Positions 27,589 to 42,205 of a stretch of DNA of 64,000 nt are shown here, piece after piece. The stretch comes from Octopus vulgaris (lineage: Eukaryota). The notes under the pieces were generated by a model that saw only the letters and a program-made list of their open reading frames with translations, searched no databases and had not been told where the DNA came from. How positions within the stretch are numbered: the stretch's first letter is position 1; the number at the start of each line of letters is the position of its first letter. The stretch covers positions 28,892,001 through 28,956,000 of the forward strand of contig OX597824.1 of the NCBI GenBank assembly GCA_951406725.2, written 5' to 3'. The position numbers were made by a program, and so were the translations under genes.

Positions 27589-28663
27589 AGCCAGTTGTGT
27601 GAAAATAAAGGAGTGGAATTGAAGCTGTGCGTGTTTTAACAATATTGGAATAACGACTCTCTCAATTATATCTTTCAGTTCCCTTTGACAAATCTACTGA
27701 CTTTGATTGAGCCAGGAATATTATAGAAAGTATTTGCCGAAAATAATATGCAGAGAGACTGAACAAGAAACTGTGTGACTAGGAAGTAAGCTTCTTACCA
27801 CAGTCACGCCTGCACCGAACAGTTTAGTTGACCATAATATTCGTATTGTTGCTTGAAATAGATCTATGGTTACAGCCGTTTCATCGATGATACGCAGTTT
27901 TATTACCCTTACATTTTCAGGGTAATAATAACGATGATTATGACGGTGGCTATGATGACTGAGATTTTGATTGTTGATGTAGTTGATGTTACTGAGCACT
28001 TGGTCAACGTTCATTGAGGAGAAGTGTTCTAGCTCTGCTTTTCAATTTTTTAAATCGAATATAACTGCAACTGGAACAGTATTACCTGGAAACTCTACAA
28101 GGAAATTTCACCTGCCAGAATTAAGTTTCACATCATATCCAACAGAATTTAAAAATGGGGATGTTGAAGAATATGGCAGTGATGGTAATGGAGGTTGTGA
28201 TGGTAGACACAGTGGTGGTAACAGTATTATTACATGCACTGGTAGTGGTGGTGGTGGTGGGGGGTTGTAGTGGTGAGCATGCAGGTGGTGTCGACGTTGG
28301 TGGCGATGGGCGTTGTGGGCAGTTGATGACCCAGGTGGTAGTGGTGGTGATGATGAGGAAGATATTGTTGATGATGATGATGATGATGATGACGAAGACG
28401 GCGATGATGATGGCAGTATTGGTGGTGGTGGTGGGGAAATGGTGGTGGTGACGGAGGTGGTAGTGGTGGTGATGGTGGTGGGTTGTTGGCGTAGTGGTAA
28501 TGAATGTGAACGACATATACTTGTGAAAGCCTATACTAATCTTACTAATCCTTTTCATTTGCTAGTTATTCTGAATGGAATGATGCCTTTTCATTTGCTA
28601 ATCTCTTACCCTACCCTACCCTACCCTTCCACCTTTATACATCATATCCATATATCGTATGTT

Positions 28664-28729
<66 letters not shown>

Positions 28730-28829
28730 TATTTCGTTATATATGATATATCTATAAGTATATATGTATATATATATATATGTATATATATGTATAACAA
28801 GAAAATATATATGTATATATATATATACC

Positions 28830-28887
<58 letters not shown>

Positions 28888-28932
28888 ACGTGTGTGTATA
28901 TGTATATGTGTGTGTATGCGTATATATACATA

Positions 28933-28978
<46 letters not shown>

Positions 28979-29133
28979 CATACATATATACATGTATGTA
29001 CGTATGTAGATAAGTAGGTACGTATTTATGTATATATATGTATGTATATATGTATATATATATATATCTATTTTATATATATATGTGTGTGTATATATAT
29101 AGTATATATATATATATATATACATATATGTAT

Positions 29134-29210
<77 letters not shown>

Positions 29211-29604
29211 CACATATACCTACATAAACACACACAGAAGTATACATACATGAATACATACATAAATAGATATACTCACGCACACGCACCCAATTTATAT
29301 GTACGTATGTAAGTATGCAATCAACCAACCACCCACCCACCACACACACACACACACACACACAAAATTATTGACTGAGGTCAGTGATCGTGATATAATT
29401 ATATTTTAATGTTTGTACTGCATGAAATAACCGACAACACCAAAATAAACAAAAAAAACAACATCAACAAGAAAAACATTTCAGAAATATACTCAACAGT
29501 AACAACACCAGCGCAGACAACAACGAATATAATTTGAATAGAGTAAGAAAACAAAACTCATTCAATTGAAGCGTTGTATATAGTTAGCTATTAGATAATT
29601 AACA

Positions 29605-29653
<49 letters not shown>

Positions 29654-29817
29654 GTATGTATACATGTCTTACTGGGTCAAATAATATCGGTGGCCATTTT
29701 GTTTTGACTTTTCTTGAGAGCGGGACTATTAGAAATTGTATCTTATATCTGAGGGTTGTATGTGAATTGGTGACCTAAATAGATAGTAGTTTGTAAATGG
29801 TGCATAAATATGTATAC

Positions 29818-29855
<38 letters not shown>

Positions 29856-30198
29856 GATATATGACTATAAAGTTAATCCAAACATAAAACACAAATATAT
29901 AATATAACATATGCATATACATATATATATATATACATGCATGTACTCATACACATATAGATACAAACACACATACATAGGAAGGAAAATCAAGGAAGGG
30001 AAGACTTATACATACATACACACATACACATATACACACGTCACATTCCTATATATATATACATAATATATATTTGTGTGTATGAGTTTGTCTACCCACC
30101 ACTTGATACCCAATTTATATGTACGTATGTAAGTATGCAATCAACCAACCCCCACCCACCATGGTCGCAATCTCAATGACTAAAACAATAAATATATC

Positions 30199-30295
<97 letters not shown>

Positions 30296-30835
30296 TGTGT
30301 GTGTGTGTCTGTCTGTCTGTGTTTGTATGTAGGAAATAATAACAACACCAAAATAAACGGAAAAAAAACAATAAAAACAACAGCAGCAGTATGAAGGACA
30401 ACAACACACATACAAACACGCACGCACACACATACATCCCCCACCACCACACGTATAAGTATTTATAAATAAAAATGTGTTAAGGAAAATAAACCCAGAG
30501 TGGCCAGTAATATGCTTTTGAACATCATCGACAGATAGAAGTATATCGAATATCATACAAGTTATCTCTACCTCTAGAGGATGTGTCACGATTAGCAAAT
30601 AGCTGTTGAGATAGCTGTGTCACGTGTATTTTACTTGTTTCAGTCATTTGACTGTGGCCATGCTGGAACACCGCCTTTAGTCGAGCAAATCGATCGCAGG
30701 ACTTATTCTTTGTAAGCCTAGTACTTATTCTATCGGTCACTTTTGCCGAACCGCTACGTGACGGGACATAAACAACCAACATCGTATCTTATATCTGAGG
30801 GTTGTATGTGAGTTGGTGACACACATACATATACA

Positions 30836-30869
<34 letters not shown>

Positions 30870-31157
30870 CGACGGGCTTCTTTCAGTGTAGAAAGAGAGA
30901 GAGATAGTGAGAGAGAAAGAGGGAGATAGATAGAGAGAGAGAGAGAGACAGGTAGTGAGGTCAGAGAGAGAGTGACTATAAAGTTAATCCAAACATGAAA
31001 ACATTTCAATATGTTACCGTGATTCGTAATTCGTGTTTATATTTTGGATTTCTGTTACAAAAAATCATTCATTGTCAATTTTCTCATTCTGCAGGTGTGT
31101 GAACAAATCCATACATACAGATATACAAACACACACACATATATACATACATATATA

Positions 31158-31316
31158 CGACGGGCTTCTTTCAAGTGTCTTCTACCAAAGCCTCTCACAA
31201 GGCCTTGGTCGGCCCGAGGCTATAGCAGAAAATACTTGCCCAAGGTGCCACGCATGTAGTTGGAAACATGTAGTTGGTAAGCAAGTGTACTTACCACACA
31301 GCCACTCCTACGCCTA
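31158..31316 (-). mobile_element. SINE family A, head
   Basis: Reverse complement of the family A head, lying between two ~125-bp direct repeats. Confidence 0.75.
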
Positions 31317-31511
31317 TTGCTACAACATTTCCATATGTTACCGTGATTCGTAATTCGTACATTTTGGATTTCTTACAAAAATAATCATTCATTGTCAATT
31401 TTCTCATTCTGCAGGTGTGTGAACAAATCCATACATACAGATATACAAACACACGCACATATATATGTATATATCTGTATGGGGCGTACGTGCGCTTGTG
31501 TGTGCATGTGC

Positions 31512-31544
<33 letters not shown>

Positions 31545-31903
31545 CGTATGCGTGCGCACGTCCGTATCTGTGTACGTGTGGATTCGATTTATATCGAGTA
31601 AGCTGATCGGTGTGTCCTGTACATTGGCGGAACAACTACGCGATATCGACTTCGCTACGGGTCGTATGTCGTGCGTCATTTACGCTCCACTGACCAATTT
31701 ATCCAACACTTCTCAGTCATTGGTGCGGCCTCTTACGCTGGATCTCCCGTCTTTCACTTGCAGAGGGAACACAAGCTAGGTTTCTATCTACTAAATATAA
31801 TGCGATTGTGATGATGTTATATACTGCCATTACGAAACAGAAGTATATAACTTATAAATTACAAATCTCAAAAAAACTTTAAACTTTAATATTCAACCAC
31901 TAT

Positions 31904-32085
31904 CTTATTTCTTTATTGCCCACAGGGGGCTAAACATAGAGGGGACAAACAAGGACAGACAAAGGGATTAAGTCAATTACATTGACCCCAGCGCATAACT
32001 GGTACTTAATTTATCGACCCCGAAAGGATGAAAGGCAAAGACGACCTCGGCGGGATTTGAACTCAGGACGTAACGGCAGACGAAA
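31904..32085 (-). mobile_element. tRNA-derived SINE family B (Meta-like central domain), 5'-truncated
   Basis: Reverse complement of GAGTTCAAATCCCGCCGAGGTC...GCCTTTCATCCTTTCGGGGTCGATAAATTAAGTACCAG...TGTCTGTCCTTGTTTGTCCCCTCTATGTTTAG. Confidence 0.8.
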
Positions 32086-32842
32086 TATGTATGTATGTAT
32101 GTATGGATGGATGGATGGATGGATGGATGGATAGATGGATGGATGGATGGATGGATTGATGGATGGATGGATGGGTGTATGGATACATATCTGGTTTCTT
32201 TCAATTTACGTCTAACAAATCCACTCACGAGGCTTTCGTCGACCCGAGGCTAGAGAAGAAACATCTGCGCAAGTTGGCACGCTGTGGAACTGAATCCGGA
32301 ACCATGAAGTTGGTTGCAGTCATACATGCACCTCTCCAAACTTAGCGCAAACACCCCTAAACACATGCATGCACACAGAAAATCATGTGCACATAAGTTA
32401 TTCAACTCATAAAACAGTAATGTAAAAATGTACTGGTATTTATTTGATTGAATTAGTATATACTATAAAAAATACATATTTTGTGAAACGTTAAACTTAA
32501 ATTATCATTTAATTATGCTTCTAGTTTACGCTAGTGACCTTCCACAAGCTTTGCAACGACTCTATAGAAATAAATTAGAGCTCACACGTGAGTATAACAA
32601 CACATAACATGCATTCTCGGTCACTCATTCACACACTAAAATAATCAACATATAACACGAACACACATATACAGACATACGCGCACACACACAGCATGAA
32701 AATACAAACCATTTGCATTCTTGATATTCTCCCTTTGACTTCGGTAACTTCGATGGAAATATACTCATACAATTAGAATTCTCAGCTTAAGCGTTCCTTG
32801 ATCTTTAGTCTCCTTTGATTGTTATTATATATAGTTTGTAAG

Positions 32843-33048
32843 ACGGCGAGCTGGTAGAGTGGTCAGCACGCTGGACGAAATGCTTAGCGGTATTTCGCTC
32901 GTCACTACGCTCTGAGTTCAAATTCCGCCGAGGTCAACTTTACCTTTCATCCATTCAGGGTCGATAAATTAAGTACCAGCGAAACACTGGGTTCGATGCA
33001 ATCGACAAGTCCCCTCCCCACAAATCTGAGGTCAATAGCAGAAAGGAT
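32843..33048 (+). mobile_element. SINE family B with alternative tail
   Basis: GGCGAGCTGGTAGA...GAGTTCAAATTCCGCCGAGGTC...GGGTCGATAAATTAAGTACCAG. Confidence 0.8.
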
Positions 33049-33055
33049 TATACTA

Positions 33056-33527
<472 letters not shown>

Positions 33528-33780
33528 ATTTTGTATATTTACTCGCTCTTCCTTGGTTAAATTTGAACTTTATTTAGGGTTTGTTTACGTTCCGTAACTT
33601 TACAGATCGTACTGGATGCTTTTTTTTTGCGTAACACCAAGTCATCATAATTTAAAGTTTATTAATAAAGTTCTTCAAAACCTCACACAGCTTTCCCTAT
33701 CTCATCGAAACTGTCTTTTGACATCTCTATTGCTCGTTGATAACTAAGCAAAATATTATCACCAAATTACAAGAAATACT

Positions 33781-34101
33781 TTACTCTTTTACTTGTTTCA
33801 CTCATTTGACTGCGGCCATGCTGGAGCACCGCCTTTAATCGAGCAACTCGACCCCGGGACTTATTCTTTTTGTAAGCCCAGTACTTATTCTATCGGTCTC
33901 TTTTGCCGAACCGCTAAGTAACGGGGACATAAACACACCAGCTTCGGTTGTCAAGCAATGCTAGGGGGACAAACACACAAACAAACACACATACATATAT
34001 ATATACATATATACGACAGGCTTCTTTCAGTTTCCGTCTACCAAATCCACTCACAAGGCATTGGTCGGCCCGGGGCTATAGCAGAAGACACTTGCCCAAG
34101 A
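33781..34101 (-). mobile_element. SINE family A, 5'-truncated
   Basis: Reverse complement of the tail and part of the head. Confidence 0.85.
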
Positions 34102-34133
34102 TTCCATAAATTCGTTAAATTATTTATATTCCA

Positions 34134-34516
34134 CTAGCAGTATCGCCCGGCGTTGCTCGGGTTTGTAAGGGAAATAACTATATAAGCATTTTTAGAGAGT
34201 TATAGCAAAAAATAGCAAAAAATGCATTAAAAATGGAAAAAAAATGATGGTAAATTTTTTTTTAAATCGTTGACTCATCGTAGACATTTTTAGAGAGTTA
34301 CTAGCGAAAAATATTTATTAAAATGGAAAAAATGATGGTAATTTTTTTTTTAAATCGTAGACTCATCGTAGACGCGCGCTAATACCCAGAAGTGCTCGAT
34401 ATGAATCACGACTATAAGATACCCGGTTTTGGTTAAACTGCACCGCAAAATGTGGGAGTAGTTAGGAATCTAAATCGTGGGAGACAGACACACAACTCGA
34501 CTTTTATATATAAAGA
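34134..34516 (-). mobile_element. Non-autonomous Helitron, second subfamily
   Basis: Minus strand 5'-TCTTTATATATAAAAG ... CCCGAGCAACGCCGGGCGATACTGCTAG-3'. A|T target; internal direct repeat. Confidence 0.85.
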
Positions 34517-34988
34517 TTTCTGATTTCATAACTTTTTGTTGTAGCTTGTTAGATTAGTTAATAAGAGCGGTGACAGAATACTTCTGATGGAATGTGCTGA
34601 GTGGTGATGGTGAAAGGCATCGACAACCGATGCTGAGTGGTGGTGGTGGTGGTGGTGGTGGAAGGCATGGTTATAAGATGGTGGCGAGAGTGTTCTTTGA
34701 TACATGAGATCATATATTTAATACCATGATATAGGTGTATGTGTGTGTGTGTATGCATGTAGGCATTTATGTAGTATCTGTGTGTGTGCATGTGTGTGCA
34801 TGTGTGTGTATGCATGAAGTATCTGTGTGTCTGTGTGTGTTCGTGTGTATGTGTCTGTGTGCAAGCGTGTGCGTCTGTGTGTGTATGTGTGTTCAAGTAT
34901 GTCGGTGTCAATGTATGCACATATGTGTTTGTCTCTGTGTGTACGTGTGTGTCTGTGTGTAGGTGTTAATGTATGTGTGTGTAAATGT

Positions 34989-35061
<73 letters not shown>

Positions 35062-35158
35062 AAGACACACACACACACACACACAGATATATATATATAT
35101 ACATATACATTTTCTTGCAGTATTAAATATAAAATATTCTCTAGATGTATATGAATAT

Positions 35159-35202
<44 letters not shown>

Positions 35203-35766
35203 GTATATATATATATGTATATATATGTGGGTGTGTGTGTGTGCGTGTGGGTGTCTACATGTGTAAGTATATGTACACACACACACACATATATATATAT
35301 ATTTTTACAGTATTAAATATAAAATATTCTCTAGATGTATATGAATATGTTTATATATATGTGTGTACATGTGTAAGTATATGTATGGGCGTGTGAATGT
35401 GTGCTTGTGTGCGTGCATGTGTGTGTGTACGTGTGTACACGCGCGCGCATGTTACAAGCGATTGTGTATACAGTCTCTGGTGATTTGATTTCGATCTGAA
35501 GATTATTTGATATTGAAATATTGAACTATTGATATGTGAACTGGGATATGAAAGTTCAGTAATGGAGCTAATTTAAAGAAAACAGCAATGATTGGCGGTT
35601 TTATTGGTGATCCTGAAATAACACTTGCTCTCATATTATTGAGAAATGAGGACGAAAAAGATACACACACACACACACAAATACACACACAAACATACAC
35701 ACACACACACACACGCACACATATCTGCATATATGATTCTTATCTGTCCTTTTATATACATACTGT

Positions 35767-36145
35767 TTTACTCTCTCTTACTTGTTTCAGTCATTTGACT
35801 GCGGCCATGCTGGAGCACCGGCTTTTAGTCAAGCAAATCGACCGCAGGACTTATTCTTTGTAAGTCTAGTACTTATTCTATCGGTCTCTTTTGCCGAACC
35901 GCTATATTACAGGGATGTAAACACACCAGTATGGGTTGTTAAGCGATGTTGGGAGGACAAACACAGACACACAAACACAAACATACACATATAAAGACAT
36001 ACATATATACGACAGGCTTCTTTCAGTTTCCGTCTACCAAATCCACTCACAAGGATTTGGTCGGCCCGGGGCTATAGTAGAAGACTGAACCCGGAACCAT
36101 GTGGTTGGTAAGCAAACTACTTACCACACATCCACTCTTGCGCCT
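35767..36145 (-). mobile_element. SINE family A, near full length
   Basis: Tail and head in reverse orientation, with a small internal deletion. Confidence 0.85.
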
Positions 36146-36180
36146 ACATACACACATAGATACAAATATATACATTTAGG

Positions 36181-36213
<33 letters not shown>

Positions 36214-36403
36214 TGTGTGTGTGTGCGTGTGTGTGTGTGTATGTGTGTGTGTGTGTGTGTGTGCATGTTTGTGTGTGTCTTGTTAGAAGTACAACTATAC
36301 AATAACTACAGAACGAGTTAGAGCTCCACGTTGACTATCGTTATCCCGTCAGCTTCCAATATTGCGGTTACTCGACCCCTGAAAATATATGTGTATTATT
36401 ACC

Positions 36404-36835
36404 CTTGTAGGTAGTGGGTAGCGATTTTCTTCACTACTTCAGGGAGTGACGACCCTGCCTGACACGAGCCCCGAGCCTAGTTGGCTCCGGCTGACGGTAC
36501 TAGGTATGGGCTCCTATCCAGGGTTACAGAAAGGAGACAACCTTCAAAGAAATCCGGAGTGGAGCCCCGTAGGCGGTTTAGTGTTCGACTCGACACTCTT
36601 CTGGCAGCTCCTGCAACCAACCTGGTGCCAAGCCTAATGCTCTGCACTCCTTTGGACTACGTCAGCAGGGTCGAGAGAGGAATCCTAACGATTGGGCTAC
36701 CCAGGATTTTTTTTACATCTAGCCCAGGCCTGCGCAAAACTGGAGAGGAAACTAGAGAGGACATGAAATGTAGAAACCAGACTGGATTAGTTTATGCGCA
36801 ACTCTATTGTCTCCCGAGACAAAAGGATGCCAACA
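36404..36835 (+). mobile_element. 432-bp structured non-coding retroelement, RTE-derived
   Basis: Flanked by ATTATTACC direct repeats (36395-36403 and 36836-36844). The 3' end GTCTC-CC-GAGAC...AGGATGCCAAC resembles RTE 3' ends. GC-rich with nested hairpins. Confidence 0.6.
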
Positions 36836-37044
36836 ATTATTACCGTTATCAATGGTATTAATAAGGTAATAATAAGGTAGCCAGCAAGTTCACACCGTTA
36901 CAGGTACAAGTAATGAACGCCCACGAGCTAATGTAGTGAATATTTTAGAAATAGATGTTAAAATGTTATTTTCAATTGAAAATCCCAGAGTATATTGGTC
37001 ATGCAGAGGGTGAAATCAATTGGTGTTGACATATACATTACTTA

Positions 37045-37200
37045 GGGCGGCGAGCGGGCGAAATGCTTAATAGTATATCGTTTGTCTTTACGTTCTGCGT
37101 TCAAATTCCGCCGAGGTCGACTTTGCCATTTATCCTCTCGGTGTCGTACTGCGGTCGATCTTATCGACTGACCCTCTCGAGCCTTAGCCTAAGGTAGAAA
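37045..37200 (+). mobile_element. SINE family B, degenerate
   Basis: GGCGGCGAGC...GTTCAAATTCCGCCGAGGTCGACTTTGCC. Confidence 0.7.
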
Positions 37201-37364
37201 AGAAATATACATTACTTGCTGATGTATTCAACGCAAAGGTAAGCCTATCTCTAATATGTTCATTGCATTGCCTGTGTATCTTTTTGTGAGTTTATGGTAG
37301 TTTTCGGAGCCTTGGCTTTTGATTTTAGTAACTGATATTATATACCCTACTGATTCTATATATA

Positions 37365-37535
37365 TAATAAATCCAATAAAACGAAGAACAAACAAAAGAC
37401 AACAACGCGTCGACGTGGTACATGTAAAGTATTAGCAGACGCTCAGGGAAGGAAAGAAAGGTGGTTTAACGTTTCTTCAGAAACAGACGAAAGTCCAACA
37501 GAAAAGGAAGACGGAGGAACAAAAATCGCCAGCAT
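37365..37535 (-). mobile_element. Short Penelope-type terminal fragment related to 63297-63490, with the hammerhead stem II deleted
   Basis: Minus strand reads GTTT-CTGAAGA-AACGTTAAAC...CCTGAGCG..CTAATAC...GTCTTTTGTTT, colinear with 63297-63490. Confidence 0.45.
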
Positions 37536-37670
37536 ATTGTTACATTTTGAAAAAGAAGAAATATATATATATATATATACAATTAATATAGGATGAAGCG
37601 TTTTTACAGAAAAAAATTTAAACAGAAAATGTGACAGCATATCAAAATACCTTTAAGGTTAACATAAGTT

Positions 37671-37718
<48 letters not shown>

Positions 37719-37986
37719 TTAAAGTCGTTCTGCTAAAAGGTTTCGTAGCATTTTTAAAAAATAACTTTATATATATATATATATATATTGTTGTATTTTG
37801 GAATGGTCATTTTGCCAGTTTAGCCAATAAAAACACACGCACACGCACTATATATTTGGTGTTACTTTGCTTCAGTGTTATTTATTTTTTACATTAATCT
37901 TAATCTTATTTCGGCCAGAAATACAACAATGTCTGTTTCAACACACGACTTCGCATAAAAAATCTTGCACAACAAATATATAAACG

Positions 37987-38060
<74 letters not shown>

Positions 38061-38886
38061 CCATATGTATATGTATATGTATATGTATGTAAACAGAAGG
38101 AAAGTAAAAAGTGATATGAAATGTAAGGTTTCGTTTGTACGCTGATGACAGGTGCTCGATTGAGCCAATGTCTCTTTGATTTCACTGATGGCTGTATATT
38201 TTGGTGAACGACATCTACCAACATTATGATGGATCTCCGAGCTCTCAGGAACATCTGTAGGACCTGTAACAATTAACCTCCTCCCCTTTAATTTTTGTCT
38301 GTCATTTATACTCTGTGTAAGTTTGATCTATTAATATATATATCTATACTTAAATATTCATCGTCTCAAAATCTTCAGTCTCTGCTTTTTTTTCTGTTGT
38401 TAAATGTACATATGCATGCATGCATACATACATGTATACGTACATACATACATGCATACATACATACATACATATATACATATACATAAACGCACGCACG
38501 CGCACACTTGCATGCGCATGCACACATATGTAAACTTTTAAAAAAGTTATTTTTTAAAAATGTTACGAAACCTTTTAGCAGAACGACTCTAACTTTTTTG
38601 GAAGAACATTGTTCGTAGTGTGTTTTAGCGTTTTCGATTAATGCTTTTAAACACATACGCTCTTCAAGAGTTTAGTCGAATGCGCTCACACACACTAAGG
38701 AAAAACTTCTTCCAAAAAGGTTAGTGATAATCTGTTGAAAGATTTTTTTAACATTTCTTTTTAAAAAGTATCTTTTAAAAAACACCACCTTTATACTTAA
38801 GACTGTATTAAGTAATTTTAACAAAGGCTTTTCAAGATACACACACACACACACACGTTTTGTGACGTCCTGTACTCATATATGCA

Positions 38887-38986
<100 letters not shown>

Positions 38987-39169
38987 TAGATAGATAGATA
39001 GATATAGATATATATATATATATATATAATCAATGGGTACCATAGGGTAAATACTGGTTGAGAAAAACTGCAATAAATGAATGTCTTAGATCTACTGGTT
39101 GTAACTCATCAATACTCGAAAAATATATCGGTTTGGTCACGTTACTTCATAGGTCAACGTGACCTGTAG

Positions 39170-39392
39170 CGAAATACCAACTATTACAACAACAACAACA
39201 ACAACAATATTAACTACTGCGACTACAATAACTACTACTACAACAACTGCAAGTACTACCTTAATTACTCCAATTACAATCGCAACTACTGCTACTATTA
39301 CTACTGCTGCTGTTGTTGCTGCTGGTATTACTGCTATTGCTACTACTACTACTACTACTACTACCACTACGACTACTACTACTACTACTACT

Positions 39393-39436
<44 letters not shown>

Positions 39437-39559
39437 TCCACCACCACCACCACCACCACCACTACTACTACTACTACTACTCTACTACTCTACTACTACT
39501 ACCACCTCCACCACTACTACTACTACTACTACCACCTCCACCACCACCACCACCACCAT

Positions 39560-39601
<42 letters not shown>

Positions 39602-39640
39602 CACTACTACTACTACTACTACTACTAATACTACCGCCGC
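39170..39640. repeat. (ACT)n/(ACC)n trinucleotide tract
   Basis: Direct observation. Confidence 0.9.
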
Positions 39641-40368
39641 TCCCATTCAGTACTACATGTGAATCATTTCACGGTGGTATACCATGCTGGGCACCGATTT
39701 AAAAGTCGAATCAGTCGAATTAATTGACCCCAGCCAATTAATTTATTCGAAAGCACAGGCTTATGAGTTTTTTCACTGATAAACAAACATTACACACACA
39801 TACACATACGCTCTTACTGAACTGCTAGATTATGGGGACGTAAACAAACAAACACCAAGCTGTGGAGGTTGACAAAGACATACAAAGACACACGCACGCA
39901 CAGACAGGTACACACGCACACATACATACGACGCGGTTCTTTACAGTTTACACCAACGAAATCCACTCTCGCTTACAAGGCATAGATACTGGTCGTCTTG
40001 GGGTTATAGTAGAAGACACTTGGCCAATATGCTGTGCATTGGCACTGAACCCAAGACCAGATAGTAGCCAAACAAACTTCTTGACCATACAAATATTTCT
40101 TTCTTTTCTTCCGGTCAGCAGCACAGACCAGACGTAATTCTTGTCTGTCTCCTCTCCTATCTTTTCTCCTGTCAAAGAATATTCTTCAGTCTCTGCCACC
40201 TTACCCCGTCTGGCTTAGCAACCCTCACTATTTGTTTCAGTGTCATGTTTTTGTCACCAACTTTGACCCTCTGCAAAATCCCACATTTTATTTCGGTTTG
40301 CGGGAGCAACTGCTTCCTCGAAGGCACATAGTGTCGTGAATTGCTCGAAACGTGGAGTAAATAAAACA

Positions 40369-40796
40369 TCTCTCTATATATAAACGGCGGTTTGTCTGTA
40401 TGTGTGTCTGTGTGTCTGTCAGGTTGTACCCTCACCCTGACCACGGCTTTCAACCGATTCTGATGAAACTTGACACACACATAGCCCAATGTCATAATTC
40501 AAAACTAACGCAGCGAAATTTTGAAAAGTTCCTCCAGTTTTGAAAAAAATCGATAAATTCGACATGGGGTCGAGAATCTAAGCTTTTTATATGCAACACA
40601 TTTTCTGTCTAGGGGACACAACTCGACAGCTAGGGACAGCTAGGAACATCGTATACACAGAAGTATTCGAGTGAAGAGAAGACATTGCAACCTACACATG
40701 CGCCTTCGTTCCCTAGAGGGAAAGGACTAGATTGGGATTAGTCGTTGCCTGCTAGGGGCTCTTACATACCCGGACAACGCCGGGCTATGCTGCTAG
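40369..40796 (+). mobile_element. Non-autonomous Helitron, third subfamily
   Basis: A|TCTCTCTATATATAAAC ... CCCGGACAACGCCGGG-CTATGCTG-CTAG|T. Confidence 0.85.
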
Positions 40797-41433
40797 TATA
40801 TATATATAAAGTTCCCAATGTCAAGCTTATGGAAATGTTTGATACCCTCTCCTCATCTTGTTCCATGAATACATACGATTCTCATCAATACAACAACTCT
40901 ACCTGTTATCAACTTTGTATTATTTTTATACACCCAACAAACACACGCATACAATACAACCACCTCGAAAATTAACACTCCAAACACCAACACAACTTCT
41001 ATCACCATCACCATCATCATAAGCTTTACTAATTATTATGCGCTCTTCGCCAACTCAGTTCTCGTTGACCTCGAGGTTAAACCTTCGGCAGTATCCACTT
41101 TTGCATCAGTGAACGCATTTATCTACAGCTCTTCAGATCAGAAAACTTATCAGGCTACGCGCCATAGAGATACTCCACGGGTGAAGTTATATCGAATACT
41201 GTACGCTGTCTATGAAAACTTATAACGCAAAATATACAAATGCGCATGTCTATGTACACATACACACAAACACACACACACACACACGCACACAAACACA
41301 CAGCTATGCGTATGTGTATAAACGTACGCATGAATATATGTACAGATACATACAAACACACTCACGCACATATATATATATTATATGTGTGTATATATAT
41401 ATGTGTGTATATTTATAATAAAGTATGTATCTA

Positions 41434-41566
<133 letters not shown>

Positions 41567-41600
41567 CTATATATATATATTTATATATATATACATATAT

Positions 41601-41635
<35 letters not shown>

Positions 41636-42171
41636 TATGTATATATGTATATGTATATATAAACATATCTATGAATGAATATATATGTACGTATATAACA
41701 ATTGAAAAGGGCAAGAAATACATACAGACAGATAGATGTATGGTTATACAGACACAGTAACAAAAAAAAAATAGATTAGCAATTTTATTGACGGATAGAC
41801 TGATTGACTAAGATGATAGACTAAGGGGCAAGTTTAGCACATAGATGATAGGTAGAGCTTGTAGCATAGCTTTGTAATATTCTTATTAATAAGGGAGACC
41901 CATGAATCATTGAAAAAATGAAAAAAATTACTTACCATAATCGTTTATTGACAGAATATATTGTTTATTATTTTATTTATAGAATACTGAAGATTCAATA
42001 CCCCACACATACATACACAGACAAACACATACTTATAGCGTCTAATATTGTATATATATATATATATATAAATATATATATACAGAGAGAGAGAGAGAGA
42101 GAGAGATACATTCAGAGATATATACATGTATGTACTTATACGAACATATGTACATACACATATATATACAT

Positions 42172-42205
<34 letters not shown>

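Larger units (their letters stand above)
16767..28655 (+). repeat. Large direct duplication, copy 2
   Basis: Colinear with 1590-15860; differs by SNPs, microsatellite lengths and several indels. Confidence 0.95.

Noticed and set aside
38130-38185. CTGATGA followed by a hairpin (similar isolated CTGANGA at 542, 6366, 9556 minus, 40460, 62040 minus)
   Set aside because: No properly placed GAAA/stem III/stem I arrangement follows.
40290-40360. GAGCAA...TTGCTC-GAAACGT, resembling the 3' half of a hammerhead
   Set aside because: There is no CUGANGA box upstream and the cleavage triplet would be GUG; at best a dead remnant.
41030-41215. Possible minus-strand exon after TTTTCATAG (GTAAGT donors also at ~41930 and ~42268)
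   Set aside because: All frames stop quickly and no gene model can be assembled from sequence alone.
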